A DNA stretch of 64,000 nt from the NCBI GenBank assembly GCA_947589505.1, contig CANQCF010000002.1, forward strand, positions 3,045-67,044. The letters are read 5' to 3'. Origin of the DNA: an uncultured Acetatifactor sp. (GTDB taxonomy: Bacteria; Bacillota; Clostridia; Lachnospirales; Lachnospiraceae). Shown here piece after piece: positions 1 through 8,924 of the stretch (position 1 is its first letter; each line of letters begins with the position of its first letter). The position numbers and the translations under genes were made by a program. The notes under the pieces are model-generated. The model did no database searches. It was not told the DNA's origin and worked only from the letters and a program-made list of their open reading frames with translations.

Positions 1-162
1 ACCGGCAGAGCGGTTTTTTGTTGAACCTGCCAACTGATTTCGTGAGAGCGGAGGAAAATATAAAAATTTACGGAACGGCGGCGGACGGTCAGGAGAAGAT
101 GATCTGCGAATTTTCCGTGGGAACGCGATAAAAAGCGAAAAAATTAAATTTCCATAAAATTC

Positions 163-191
163 TTGCACTGTGAAAAAAAATAGTGTATAGT
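163..191 (+). promoter_or_regulatory. sigma-A promoter of topA
   Basis: TTGCAC (163-168), 17-bp spacer, TATAGT (186-191), with an AT-rich upstream region. Confidence 0.6.
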
Positions 192-269
192 GGTTCACGA
201 TTGGCAAGTCCGGAGCCGGAAAGGCTTCGAGACAATTGAGAATCTTTTGTGGAAGGAAAACAGGGAAGC

Positions 270-2345
270 ATGGCAAAGAATCTGGTCATTGTGGAGTCAC
301 CGTCAAAGATAAAGACCATCAAGAAGTTCCTGGGGAGCAATTACGAGGTGGTAGCCAGCGTCGGGCATGTCAGGGATCTGCCCAAGAGCCAGCTCGGTTT
401 CTCGCCGGAGGACGGTTATGAACCGAAATACATCACGATCCGGGGAAAGGGGGATATCCTGGCAAATCTCCGCAAGGAGGTAAAGAAGGCGGACAAAATT
501 TATCTGGCCACCGACCCCGACCGGGAGGGAGAGGCGATCTCCTGGCATCTGTATCACGCCCTGAAGCTGGAGGATAAGAAGGTCTACCGCATCACTTTTA
601 ATGAGATCACGAAGAATGTGGTGAAGGAGAGCTTAAAGAATCCCCGGGAGATCGACATGAATCTGGTGGATGCCCAGCAGGCCAGGCGCATGCTGGACCG
701 GATGGTGGGATATCGGATCTCGCCGCTTTTGTGGTCCAAGATCAAGAGGGGGCTCAGCGCGGGGCGCGTGCAGTCTGCCGTGCTTCGGATGATCTGCGAC
801 CGGGAGGCGGAGATCGAGGCGTTTACACCGGAAGAGTATTGGACGCTGGAGGTCCAGCTGAAGATCCCCGGCGCAAAGAAACCGGGAGTTGCAAAATATT
901 ACGGCACGGAAAAGTCAAAGAGGGAGCTCACCTGTCAGGCGGATGTGGAGAAGGCGCTGGCGGATGTGGGAGGCGCTCCCTATGTCGTGAAGGAGGTTAA
1001 GCGAAGCGAGAGATCAAAGAAGGCGCCGCTGCCCTTTACCACTTCTACATTGCAGCAGGAGGCCAGCAAGACCCTGAATTTCTCCACGGGAAAAACGATG
1101 AACCTGGCGCAGCAGCTCTATGAGGGCGTGGAGGTCAAGGGGGAGGGGACCATCGGTCTCATCACCTATCTGCGTACGGATTCCGTCCGCATCTCTGAGG
1201 AAGCGATGAAAAACGCCGCCCAATTTATAGAAGAGAGATACGGGAAGGAGTACGGCGTCCAGAAGGCGGCTGAAAAAAAGACGAACCATAAAATCCAGGA
1301 CGCCCACGAGGCGATCCGGCCCACGGATATCGCCCTGACGCCGGAAAAACTGAAGGATCAGCTCCCCAGGGATCTGTTCCGGCTGTACCAGCTGATCTGG
1401 CAGAGGTTTACGGCGAGCCAGATGGCGCCTGCCAGATATGAGACGACCTCTGTAAAGATCCTGGCGGGAAAGAGCCTGTTCACCATGGCGGCGTCCAAAA
1501 AGATATTTGACGGTTTTACCGGCGTCTATGAGCAGAAGGATGAGGAAGAGGAAGAAAACACCTTCTCCGGCCGGCTGGAAGAAGGGATGGAGCTGGAGCA
1601 TGTGGCGGATGTCCCGCAGCAGCACTTTACCCAGCCCCCCGCCCACTATAACGAGGCTTCCCTGGTGAAGACTCTGGAGGAGATGGGGATCGGCCGTCCC
1701 AGCACCTACGCGGCGATCATCGGAACGATCCTCGGCCGCAGATATGTGGCGAAGGAGGGGAAGAACCTGATCGTCACGGAGCTGGGCGAAGTGGTGAACA
1801 AGATGATGGAAGAGGCGTTCCCCACCATCGTGGATGCGAATTTTACGGCGAATATGGAGGCCCTCCTGGACGGCGTGGAAGAGGGAACCGTAAAGTGGAA
1901 GACTATCATTGAGAATTTCTATCCGGATCTGGATGAGGCGGTGAAACAGGCGGAAAAAGAGCTGGCGGAGGTGAAGATCGCCGACGAGGAGTCGGAGGAG
2001 GTCTGCGAAAAGTGCGGGCGGAGAATGGTGATCAAGTACGGCAGCAACGGGAAATTCCTGGCCTGTCCCGGCTTCCCGGAGTGTAAGAATACAAAACCCT
2101 ATTATGAAAAGATCGGTGTGGCCTGTCCGAAGTGTGGCAGGGACCTGGTCATGAAGCGGACCCAGAAAGGGAGAAGGTATTACGGGTGTATCGGGAACCC
2201 GGAGTGCGATTTTATGGTATGGCAGCGCCCTTCCACGGAAAAATGTCCGAAATGCGGGGGGATTCTTCTGGAAAAAGGGAATCGGCTGACCTGCGCGGAT
2301 GAAAATTGCGGATACAGTAGTCTGAAAATTCAAAAAGAAGCATAA
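270..2345 (+). CDS. topA: type IA DNA topoisomerase I
   Basis: LVIVESPSK Toprim start, ATDPDREGEAI, SAGRVQS, ITYLRTDS active-site motif, C-terminal C4 zinc ribbons; ATG 270 follows a purine-rich RBS. Confidence 0.97.
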   Translation: MAKNLVIVESPSKIKTIKKFLGSNYEVVASVGHVRDLPKSQLGFSPEDGYEPKYITIRGKGDILANLRKEVKKADKIYLATDPDREGEAISWHLYHALKLEDKKVYRITFNEITKNVVKESLKNPREIDMNLVDAQQARRMLDRMVGYRISPLLWSKIKRGLSAGRVQSAVLRMICDREAEIEAFTPEEYWTLEVQLKIPGAKKPGVAKYYGTEKSKRELTCQADVEKALADVGGAPYVVKEVKRSERSKKAPLPFTTSTLQQEASKTLNFSTGKTMNLAQQLYEGVEVKGEGTIGLITYLRTDSVRISEEAMKNAAQFIEERYGKEYGVQKAAEKKTNHKIQDAHEAIRPTDIALTPEKLKDQLPRDLFRLYQLIWQRFTASQMAPARYETTSVKILAGKSLFTMAASKKIFDGFTGVYEQKDEEEEENTFSGRLEEGMELEHVADVPQQHFTQPPAHYNEASLVKTLEEMGIGRPSTYAAIIGTILGRRYVAKEGKNLIVTELGEVVNKMMEEAFPTIVDANFTANMEALLDGVEEGTVKWKTIIENFYPDLDEAVKQAEKELAEVKIADEESEEVCEKCGRRMVIKYGSNGKFLACPGFPECKNTKPYYEKIGVACPKCGRDLVMKRTQKGRRYYGCIGNPECDFMVWQRPSTEKCPKCGGILLEKGNRLTCADENCGYSSLKIQKEA

Positions 2346-2373
2346 AAAATTAATTAAATTCGTGAAATAGTCA

Positions 2374-2402
2374 TTGAAATCAGAAATTATTTGTGCTAAA
2401 GT
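2374..2402 (+). promoter_or_regulatory. sigma-A promoter of codY (extended -10)
   Basis: TTGAAA, 17-bp spacer ending TGc, TAAAGT. Confidence 0.6.
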
Positions 2403-2433
2403 AAAAGGGAGTTAGGAGATAACTCCCTTTTTT
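2403..2433 (+). terminator. intrinsic terminator after topA, overlapping the predicted codY start site
   Basis: AAAAGGGAGTTA-GGAGA-TAACTCCCTTTT, 12-bp stem ending in a T6 run. Confidence 0.75.
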
Positions 2434-2470
2434 GTCTGGAAGGAGTTTCATACAAAGCGGAGGTTGGGAA

Positions 2471-3259
2471 ATGAGCAGTGTTCAACTCCTGGATAAAACC
2501 CGTAAGATCGGGAAACTTTTACACAACAACAATTCCAGCAAGGTGGTCTTCAGCGATATCTGCAAGGTGATGCGGGAGATCATGAATTCCAATGTCCTTG
2601 TGATCAGCCGGAAGGGCAAGGTTCTGGGGATCGGGGTGACGGAGGGGACGCCGCCCATCACGGAGCTTCTGGGGGACAGTGTCGGGGAGTTTATCGATCC
2701 CATGCTGAACGAGCGGTTTCTGGGAGTCCTCTCTACTAAGGAGAACGTAAATCTGGAGACTCTGGGCTTTGAAAATACCGATACGCTGAAATATCAGGCC
2801 ATAGTGACGCCCATCGAGATCGCGGGGGAGAGGCTGGGAACTCTTTTCATTTATAAATGCAGCTCTCAGTACGATATTGACGACATCATTCTCTGCGAGT
2901 ACGGGACCACGGTGGTTGGGCTGGAAATGCTCCGGGCGGTGAATGAGGAAAATTCCGAGGAGGCCAGAAAGGTTGCGGTGGTGCGGTCCGCTATCAGTAC
3001 ATTGAGCTTTTCGGAGATGGAGGCTATCACGCATATCTTTGACGAACTGGACGGTATGGAGGGAATCCTGGTGGCTTCCAAGATCGCCGACCGGGTGGGG
3101 ATCACCCGCTCCGTGATCGTGAACGCGCTTCGCAAGTTTGAGAGCGCGGGAGTGATCGAATCCAGATCCTCCGGCATGAAGGGCACTTATATTAAGGTTT
3201 TGAATGATGTGGTGTTTGACGAGGTGGAGGAATTAAAGAAGAAAAATAAGCAGCGCTGA
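2471..3259 (+). CDS. codY: GTP/BCAA-sensing pleiotropic repressor CodY
   Basis: N-terminal GAF domain and wHTH ASKIADRVGITRSVIVNALRKFESAGVIESRS; GGAGG RBS before ATG 2471. Confidence 0.97.
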   Translation: MSSVQLLDKTRKIGKLLHNNNSSKVVFSDICKVMREIMNSNVLVISRKGKVLGIGVTEGTPPITELLGDSVGEFIDPMLNERFLGVLSTKENVNLETLGFENTDTLKYQAIVTPIEIAGERLGTLFIYKCSSQYDIDDIILCEYGTTVVGLEMLRAVNEENSEEARKVAVVRSAISTLSFSEMEAITHIFDELDGMEGILVASKIADRVGITRSVIVNALRKFESAGVIESRSSGMKGTYIKVLNDVVFDEVEELKKKNKQR

Positions 3260-3348
3260 TAGGAAAACGGAAGTCTTTTGGAGGGCGGGGCTTTTTGGAT
3301 TTCAATTACAGACTGTAAAAAAGGACTGTAAAAAATACTGAAATTTTG

Positions 3349-3377
3349 TTGAAATTCGGTGGAACATGTGCTAAAAT
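3349..3377 (+). promoter_or_regulatory. sigma-A promoter (extended -10) in the codY-flgB spacer
   Basis: TTGAAA (3349-54), 17-bp spacer ending TGc, TAAAAT (3372-77). Confidence 0.65.
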
Positions 3378-3383
3378 AAAGAG

Positions 3384-3452
3384 CAATGGATGGTGAAGGA
3401 ACACCGTTTAAGGAAAAGGGATTTATTGTGCGCCAATAAATCCCTTTATTTT
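3384..3452 (+). ncRNA. candidate small RNA or attenuator leader with four ANGGA motifs
   Basis: Bounded by the 3349 promoter and the 3415-3452 terminator; hairpin 3387-3410 has an AAGGAA hexaloop. Confidence 0.4.
3415..3452 (+). terminator. intrinsic terminator
   Basis: AAAGGGATTTATTG-TGCGC-CAATAAATCCCTTT, perfect 14-bp stem followed by ATTTT. Confidence 0.8.
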
Positions 3453-3571
3453 ATGAGCGGTGGGAGCTTTACATCTCCAGGGAGGCCTTTCAAATGCTTC
3501 GGAGAGGCTTTCCCAATGACGCGGCGGGACATTGCAAAAAAATGAATTTGCAGAGAACGCAAAAAAAAAGA

Positions 3572-3599
3572 TTGAGTTTTTCGAGTAATTTATTATAAT
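3572..3599 (+). promoter_or_regulatory. sigma-A promoter of the fla/che operon
   Basis: TTGAGT, 16-bp spacer, TATAAT; preceded by an A9 tract (UP-like). Confidence 0.6.
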
Positions 3600-3653
3600 A
3601 AAATGGAGTGGGTAGATTCTGCCCTGTTTTTTGCGTGGGAAAGGAGAGGAACC

Positions 3654-4043
3654 ATGATTAACACCAACGCTTTTGACTACATAAACGTACTGGACAAGGC
3701 CGCGGATGCGAGCTGGCTTCGGAACGAGGCCATTTCTAATAACCTGGCGAACGTGGATACGCCGGGCTATAAACGGCAGGATGTCTCTTTCGAGACGGAA
3801 TTGGAGAAAGCGCTTTCCAACAGCAGGTATATCAGCATGGACGAGAAGGTGAAAAACGTGGAGCTGGCAAGGCTGAATCCCCGGCCTTTCACCGATTATG
3901 CGGGTTATTCCTACCGTCTGGACGGAAACAACGTGGATGTGGATCAGGAGAATGTGTACCTGGCGGAAAACCAGCTGAGGTATCAGGGTCTCATGTCCAG
4001 CATTCAGTCGGAGTTCCAGAATCTGCAGGCAGTGATAAAATAA
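3654..4043 (+). CDS. flgB: flagellar basal-body rod protein FlgB
   Basis: ISNNLANVDTPGYK and DGNNVDVD motifs; AGGAGAGG RBS. Confidence 0.95.
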   Translation: MINTNAFDYINVLDKAADASWLRNEAISNNLANVDTPGYKRQDVSFETELEKALSNSRYISMDEKVKNVELARLNPRPFTDYAGYSYRLDGNNVDVDQENVYLAENQLRYQGLMSSIQSEFQNLQAVIK

Positions 4044-4106
4044 GAGAGGCCCCTTCGGTAAGGGAGCCGGACGACTCCGGCGGAAATAAGGTCCGGGAAG
4101 CCCCGC

Positions 4107-4234
4107 GGAAAGGCCCTGGAGGGCGTCCGTCCGGTGCGGCCTGAAGTTAGGAGCGGGAAAGGCCTTGGAGGGCGTCCGGCGCGGCCTGAAATCAGGAACG
4201 GGAAGAGCTCCCAAGGGCGTTCCGCGGGGTGAAG
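4107..4234. repeat. degenerate 45-49 bp tandem repeat, about 2.7 copies
   Basis: GGAAAGGCCYTGGAGGGCGTCCG...GCGGCCTGAA at 4107 and 4156; decayed copy at 4201. Confidence 0.75.
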
Positions 4235-4262
4235 GAAGAGTCGTATAAAGGAGGAAGATTTT

Positions 4263-4712
4263 ATGAGTATGTTTGCGTCTTTTGATATCAACGCATCCGG
4301 GCTGACGGCCCAGCGCTACCGTATGGACGTGATTTCGGAGAACGTGGCGAACGCCAACACCACCCGCACGTCGGATGGCACGCCTTATCGGAGGAAGGTT
4401 GTGACCTTCGCTCAGAAGGGCGACAACACCCAGTTCTCGAAAGTGCTGAACAAGGCCATGGCTCACGGTTACAGCGGGCAGGGCGTGAAGGTTGTCGGCG
4501 TTTTTGAGGACAATGAGACCGATGAGCGGCTGGTGTACGATCCCTCCCATCCGGATGCGGACGAGAACGGGTATGTGACCTATCCCAATGTGAACATTGT
4601 CTCTGAGATGACGGATCTGATTGACGCCAGCCGCGCCTATGAGGCAAACGCCACGGCATTCAGCGCCAGCAAAAATATTGTCCAGCAGGGGCTGCAGCTG
4701 ATCACGCAGTAA
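4263..4712 (+). CDS. flgC: flagellar basal-body rod protein FlgC
   Basis: ISENVANANTT, PYRRK, YDPSHPDAD, PNVNIVSEM, SRAYEAN motifs. Confidence 0.96.
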   Translation: MSMFASFDINASGLTAQRYRMDVISENVANANTTRTSDGTPYRRKVVTFAQKGDNTQFSKVLNKAMAHGYSGQGVKVVGVFEDNETDERLVYDPSHPDADENGYVTYPNVNIVSEMTDLIDASRAYEANATAFSASKNIVQQGLQLITQ

Positions 4713-4732
4713 GAAGAGCGAAGGGCCGGGGA

Positions 4733-4960
4733 GAGGTAAGGCCCGGGCGGGAGAGGCAGTCGGCAGTCGCAGTGAGGTAAGGCCCGGGCGGGAGAGGCAG
4801 TCGGCAGTCGCAGTGAGGTAAGCCCCGGGCGGGAGAGGCAGTCGACAGTCGCAGTGAGGTAAGCCCCGGGCGAGAGAGACAGTCGGCAGTCGCAGTGAGA
4901 TAAGTCCCGGGAGAGAGACAGGCGGCAGTAGCCGGAGCCAGGTAAGCCCGGACGGGAGAT
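4733..4960. repeat. 41-bp tandem repeat, about 5.5 copies
   Basis: GAGGTAAGGCCCGGGCGGGAGAGGCAGTCGGCAGTCGCAGT at 4733, 4774, 4815, 4856 and 4897, then decayed. Confidence 0.95.
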
Positions 4961-5061
4961 ACGGATTTCTGCCGAAAAGGTAATATAACCGCAGGGGACA
5001 AAAGAACTCTCCTGAAAATTGAGAAAAGGAAAGGCCCGTGAAAGCGGGCAGAGGTGATGAA

Positions 5062-5403
5062 ATGGATCTGACACCTATCGGAGCGATAAGTTCCATCGGA
5101 ATAAAGGGCGGTACGGCGGTCACGGAAGGAACACTTACCGGGACATTGTCCCAGAAGAGCCAGAAAGCGGATGGGACGGTCTTTGACGCCTTCCTGAATT
5201 CCGCTATCAACGGTATCAACACCACCAACAGTCTCCTGTCGAACATGGAGAACGAGGAGATTAAGTTTGCCCTGGGCGAGGTGGACAATGCCCACGATCT
5301 GGGAATCGCCATACAGAAGGCGTCTACGGCGCTGCAATATACGGTTGCGGTCAGGGACAGATTCCTGGAGGCTTACCGGGAGATCATGCAGATGCAGATC
5401 TGA
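5062..5403 (+). CDS. fliE: flagellar hook-basal body protein FliE
   Basis: C-terminal VRDRFLEAYREIMQMQI; position after flgC. Confidence 0.94.
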   Translation: MDLTPIGAISSIGIKGGTAVTEGTLTGTLSQKSQKADGTVFDAFLNSAINGINTTNSLLSNMENEEIKFALGEVDNAHDLGIAIQKASTALQYTVAVRDRFLEAYREIMQMQI

Positions 5404-5446
5404 GGCCGGATGCGGCTGATTTTCATACGACAGGGAGTGATATCTT

Positions 5447-7042
5447 ATGCCTGAGAGATTAAAAGAAATCCTGGCCAAGGTCAGGGACTGGTGGAATCGG
5501 TTCACATCACGCCAGAAGACGCTGATCGTGACCGTCTCCGCAGCGGTGGTCTTCACCTTTGGTATTCTGATCTATGTGCTGACACGGCCGGATTACATAA
5601 CGCTTATGAGGTGCGACAACGCCAAGGAGTCCTCGGAGGTCGTCGCGATCCTGGATTCGAATGATATCGAATATAAGACGGACGCCAATGCGCTGACCAT
5701 ATCGGTGCTGGAGAAGGATAAGTCCACCGCCACCCTGGCGTTGGCGGCCGGCGGGTATGTGTCGGACGAGTACGACGCGAAGGATTATATCGACAGCAGC
5801 CTTTCCGCCACTGCATCCGACAAGGCAAAATTATGGAACGCAGGGCTTCAGAAGAAGATGGAGAGCGATTTTGCGGCGCTTTCCAATGTAAAGAGTGCCC
5901 GGGTCACTCTGCATATCCCGGAGCAGAAAGGGACTCTGGCGGCGGAGGCCCAGGAGTCATCCGCCCTGATCCAGCTGGAGCTGGACGGGACATTTACCTC
6001 CGCAAATGCCCAGACCATGGCGAGGGCGGCGGCCACCATGCTGGGCAATAAGGACACTTCCAATATCACCATCATGGATCAGGACACGAACCTTCTGTTC
6101 GCCGGTGGGGATGATTACAGCGCTTCTGGGATCGCCAATTCCCTGCAGGAGCTGCAGAGCCAGGCGGAGAAGATGCTGGAAAGCCAGCTGAAGCGCGTGC
6201 TGATCGGGACGAATCAGTTTTATACCATCGAGGTCAGCAGCCACCTGGATATCGATTACGCGGAGTACGAGCAGACTAAGAAAGAATATTATGCCAATGA
6301 GGGCAGGGACGAGGGCATGTACGCCGACCAGACAACGTACGAATCCGAGAACAATTCGGATGTGGCGGGCGTCCCGGGCACTTCCTCCAACGACGGCACG
6401 GTTTACGTGTCTCCGGACGGCTCCAACACTTCTTCCAGTTCCTCCGAGAGCCAGATTCATTTTCTGCCCAACGAGCTGAGCGAACATTCCATCAGCCCGG
6501 CGGGAAGCATAAAATATGAGAACTCCTCCATGTCCATCGCCATGATCCGCTATAAGGATATCTATGAAGAGGATATCCGGAGCCAGGGGCTTCTGGCAGA
6601 GGAGACCTGGGAGGAATATAAGTTCGCCAACAGGGCGGATACCAAGCTGGAGGTGGATCCGGACCTGTATCTGGTGGCATCCAACGCAACGGGGATCGCA
6701 CCGGAGCGCATCACCATCGTCGCCTATGAGACCCCTCTGTTTCATGACAGGGAAGGTCTTCAGGTGGAGTGGACCAATGTGCTCAGCGTGGTGATGCTCC
6801 TGGCAATCCTGGGGCTTCTGGCATTCGTGATCCTGAGGAGCATGCGGGTAAAACAGGTGGTGGAGCCCGAGGAGGAGCTTTCCGTGGAGAGCCTGCTGCA
6901 GTCCACGCCCGTCAGCGAGCTGGAAGATATCGATGTGGAGAACAAGTCCGAGACCAGGAAGATGATCGAAAAATTTGTGGACGAAAATCCGGAGTCCGCT
7001 GCCGCGCTTCTGCGCAACTGGCTGAATTCGGACTGGGCATGA
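5447..7042 (+). CDS. fliF: flagellar MS-ring protein FliF
   Basis: Two TM segments flanking ring domains, ARVTLHIP motif, C-terminal ENPESAAALLRNWL. Confidence 0.92.
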   Translation: MPERLKEILAKVRDWWNRFTSRQKTLIVTVSAAVVFTFGILIYVLTRPDYITLMRCDNAKESSEVVAILDSNDIEYKTDANALTISVLEKDKSTATLALAAGGYVSDEYDAKDYIDSSLSATASDKAKLWNAGLQKKMESDFAALSNVKSARVTLHIPEQKGTLAAEAQESSALIQLELDGTFTSANAQTMARAAATMLGNKDTSNITIMDQDTNLLFAGGDDYSASGIANSLQELQSQAEKMLESQLKRVLIGTNQFYTIEVSSHLDIDYAEYEQTKKEYYANEGRDEGMYADQTTYESENNSDVAGVPGTSSNDGTVYVSPDGSNTSSSSSESQIHFLPNELSEHSISPAGSIKYENSSMSIAMIRYKDIYEEDIRSQGLLAEETWEEYKFANRADTKLEVDPDLYLVASNATGIAPERITIVAYETPLFHDREGLQVEWTNVLSVVMLLAILGLLAFVILRSMRVKQVVEPEEELSVESLLQSTPVSELEDIDVENKSETRKMIEKFVDENPESAAALLRNWLNSDWA

Positions 7043-7068
7043 CCGTTTTGGAAAGGATGTATGGGTAA

Positions 7069-8085
7069 ATGGCAAGAGGACATGACACGACCATATCTGG
7101 TCTGCAGAAAGCGGCTATTTTATTGATCTCCCTGGGACCGGAGCGCTCTGCAAACGTGTTTAAGCATTTGAAGGAAGAGGAGATCGAGGAACTGACTCTG
7201 GAGATCGCCAATACCAGGAGCGTCACCCCGCAGATCAAAGAGGACGTCATCAACGAATTTTACGAGGTGTGTCTTGCGCAGCAATATATCGCGGAAGGCG
7301 GCATCGGCTACGCGAAAGAACTTTTGGAGAGGGCGCTGGGTACGGAAAAGGCCATGGACGTCATCGGCAGGCTTACGGCTTCCCTGCAGGTGAAACCCTT
7401 TGAGTTTGTGCGAAAGACGGACGCTTCCCAGCTTCTGAACTTTATCCAGGATGAACATCCCCAGACCATCGCACTGATTCTGTCCTATCTGTCGCCCAGC
7501 CAGGCAGCTCTGATCATCTCCGCGCTGCCCCAGGAGTCCCAGGCGGACGTGGCCCGCAGGATCGCGACGATGGACCGCACCAGCCCGGATGTGATCAAGG
7601 AAGTGGAGAGGGTGCTGGAGTCCAAGCTGGCAAATCTTGTGAACCAGGACTACACGATCATCGGCGGCGTGGACGCGGTGGTGGAGATCCTGAACACGGT
7701 GGACCGGAGTACCGAGAAGAACATTATGGAGATGCTGGAGATCGAGGAGCCGGAACTGGCGGACGAGATCCGGAAGAAGATGTTCGTGTTCGAGGATATC
7801 CTGCTTCTGGACGACCGGGCGATCCAGCGCGTGCTGCGTGAAGTGGACAACAACGATCTGGCTATTGCGCTTAAGAGTGCTACGGAAGATGTTCAGAACA
7901 CCATATTTAACAACCTGTCGAAACGTCTTGCCACTATGATTAAGGAAGATATGGAATTTATGGGTCCTGTGCGTATGAAGGACGTAGAGGAAGCCCAGCA
8001 GAAGATTGTGAATATTATCCGGCGGCTGGAGGATGCCGGTGAGATTGTGATCTCCAGAGGCGGAGGTGACGAGATCGTTGTCTAA
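7069..8085 (+). CDS. fliG: flagellar motor switch protein FliG
   Basis: KAAILLISLG, EHPQTIALIL, GGVDAVVEILN, MFVFED motifs. Confidence 0.97.
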   Translation: MARGHDTTISGLQKAAILLISLGPERSANVFKHLKEEEIEELTLEIANTRSVTPQIKEDVINEFYEVCLAQQYIAEGGIGYAKELLERALGTEKAMDVIGRLTASLQVKPFEFVRKTDASQLLNFIQDEHPQTIALILSYLSPSQAALIISALPQESQADVARRIATMDRTSPDVIKEVERVLESKLANLVNQDYTIIGGVDAVVEILNTVDRSTEKNIMEMLEIEEPELADEIRKKMFVFEDILLLDDRAIQRVLREVDNNDLAIALKSATEDVQNTIFNNLSKRLATMIKEDMEFMGPVRMKDVEEAQQKIVNIIRRLEDAGEIVISRGGGDEIVV

Positions 8086-8914
8086 GAATCTTCTAAAGGG
8101 CGGAATGGTGAATCTCACCAAAGAAGAGAGCAGGATCATCGACGCGAACTCCCTTATCGCCCAGCGCATCGGCATGCTTGCGCAGGAGCTGCAGGAGGCG
8201 GAGAACGAGGGCTTTACAGAGGGACTGAAGGCAGAGGAGGCGGATATCTCTGCCCTGCTTGCGGATCAGGAGGAGACGCAGGAAGAGGAACTGCCGGAGG
8301 AGCTCAGCGCTGAGGAAGCCCAGGAGCGCGCCAGGACAATCGTTCAGGAGGCGAAGGACGCGGCCTCGAAGATTTTGCAGGACGCCATCGCCCAGTCGGA
8401 GTCGGAGGCGGAAGCTATCCGCCAGAAGGCCCGGGAGGAGGGCTACCAGGAGGGCTTCCAGAAAGCGGAAAGCGAGTTCCATAAGAAAGAGAAGGAACTG
8501 AAAACCAGGGAGAGAGAACTGGAAAAACAGTATGACTCCCTGGTAGAAGAACTGGAACCTAAATTTGTAGATACCCTGTCCGGAATCTACGAGCATTTAT
8601 TTCATGTGGAATTGGGAAACCACCGGGACATCCTGCTGTACCTGATCGGTGACTGTATGCGGGGAGCGGAGGGAAGCAAGAGTTTCCAGATCCGCGTCTC
8701 CAAGGAGGATTATACCTATATCAGCGCAAAAAAAGCCGGTCTGCTGGAGGCCGCGGGAGCGGGGGAGGCACAACTGGAGATCCTGGAAGATCCTGCTCTT
8801 CCTAAAAATGGATGCATGATCCGGACGGAAAACGGGATCATGGACTGCAGTCTGGAGACCCAGCTGGAAGAGTTGAACAGAAAATTGAGGCTTTTGGCCT
8901 ACGAGAAGAAATGA
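8078..8914 (+). CDS. fliH: flagellar assembly protein FliH
   Basis: AREEGYQEGF GxxxG repeats and C-terminal GCMIRTENG; TTG 8078 chosen because GGAGGTG RBS lies upstream. Confidence 0.88.
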   Translation: MSKNLLKGGMVNLTKEESRIIDANSLIAQRIGMLAQELQEAENEGFTEGLKAEEADISALLADQEETQEEELPEELSAEEAQERARTIVQEAKDAASKILQDAIAQSESEAEAIRQKAREEGYQEGFQKAESEFHKKEKELKTRERELEKQYDSLVEELEPKFVDTLSGIYEHLFHVELGNHRDILLYLIGDCMRGAEGSKSFQIRVSKEDYTYISAKKAGLLEAAGAGEAQLEILEDPALPKNGCMIRTENGIMDCSLETQLEELNRKLRLLAYEKK

Positions 8915-8924
8915 GGGACCGGCA

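Noticed and set aside
1-20. Terminator at the window start
   Set aside because: ACC...GGT plus a T6 run suggests one, but the left arm is cut by the window edge
3260-3653. c-di-GMP riboswitch or invertible flagellar switch as in C. difficile
   Set aside because: No recognisable class I or class II aptamer core, and no pair of long inverted repeats flanking an invertible segment
4733-4960. CRISPR or guide-RNA array
   Set aside because: Units are head-to-tail with no unique spacers, and no cas or other effector gene is nearby
3423-5556. Long minus-strand ORFs of 629 and 284 aa
   Set aside because: Antisense to flgB, flgC and fliE and running through GC-rich repeats; no recognisable domain
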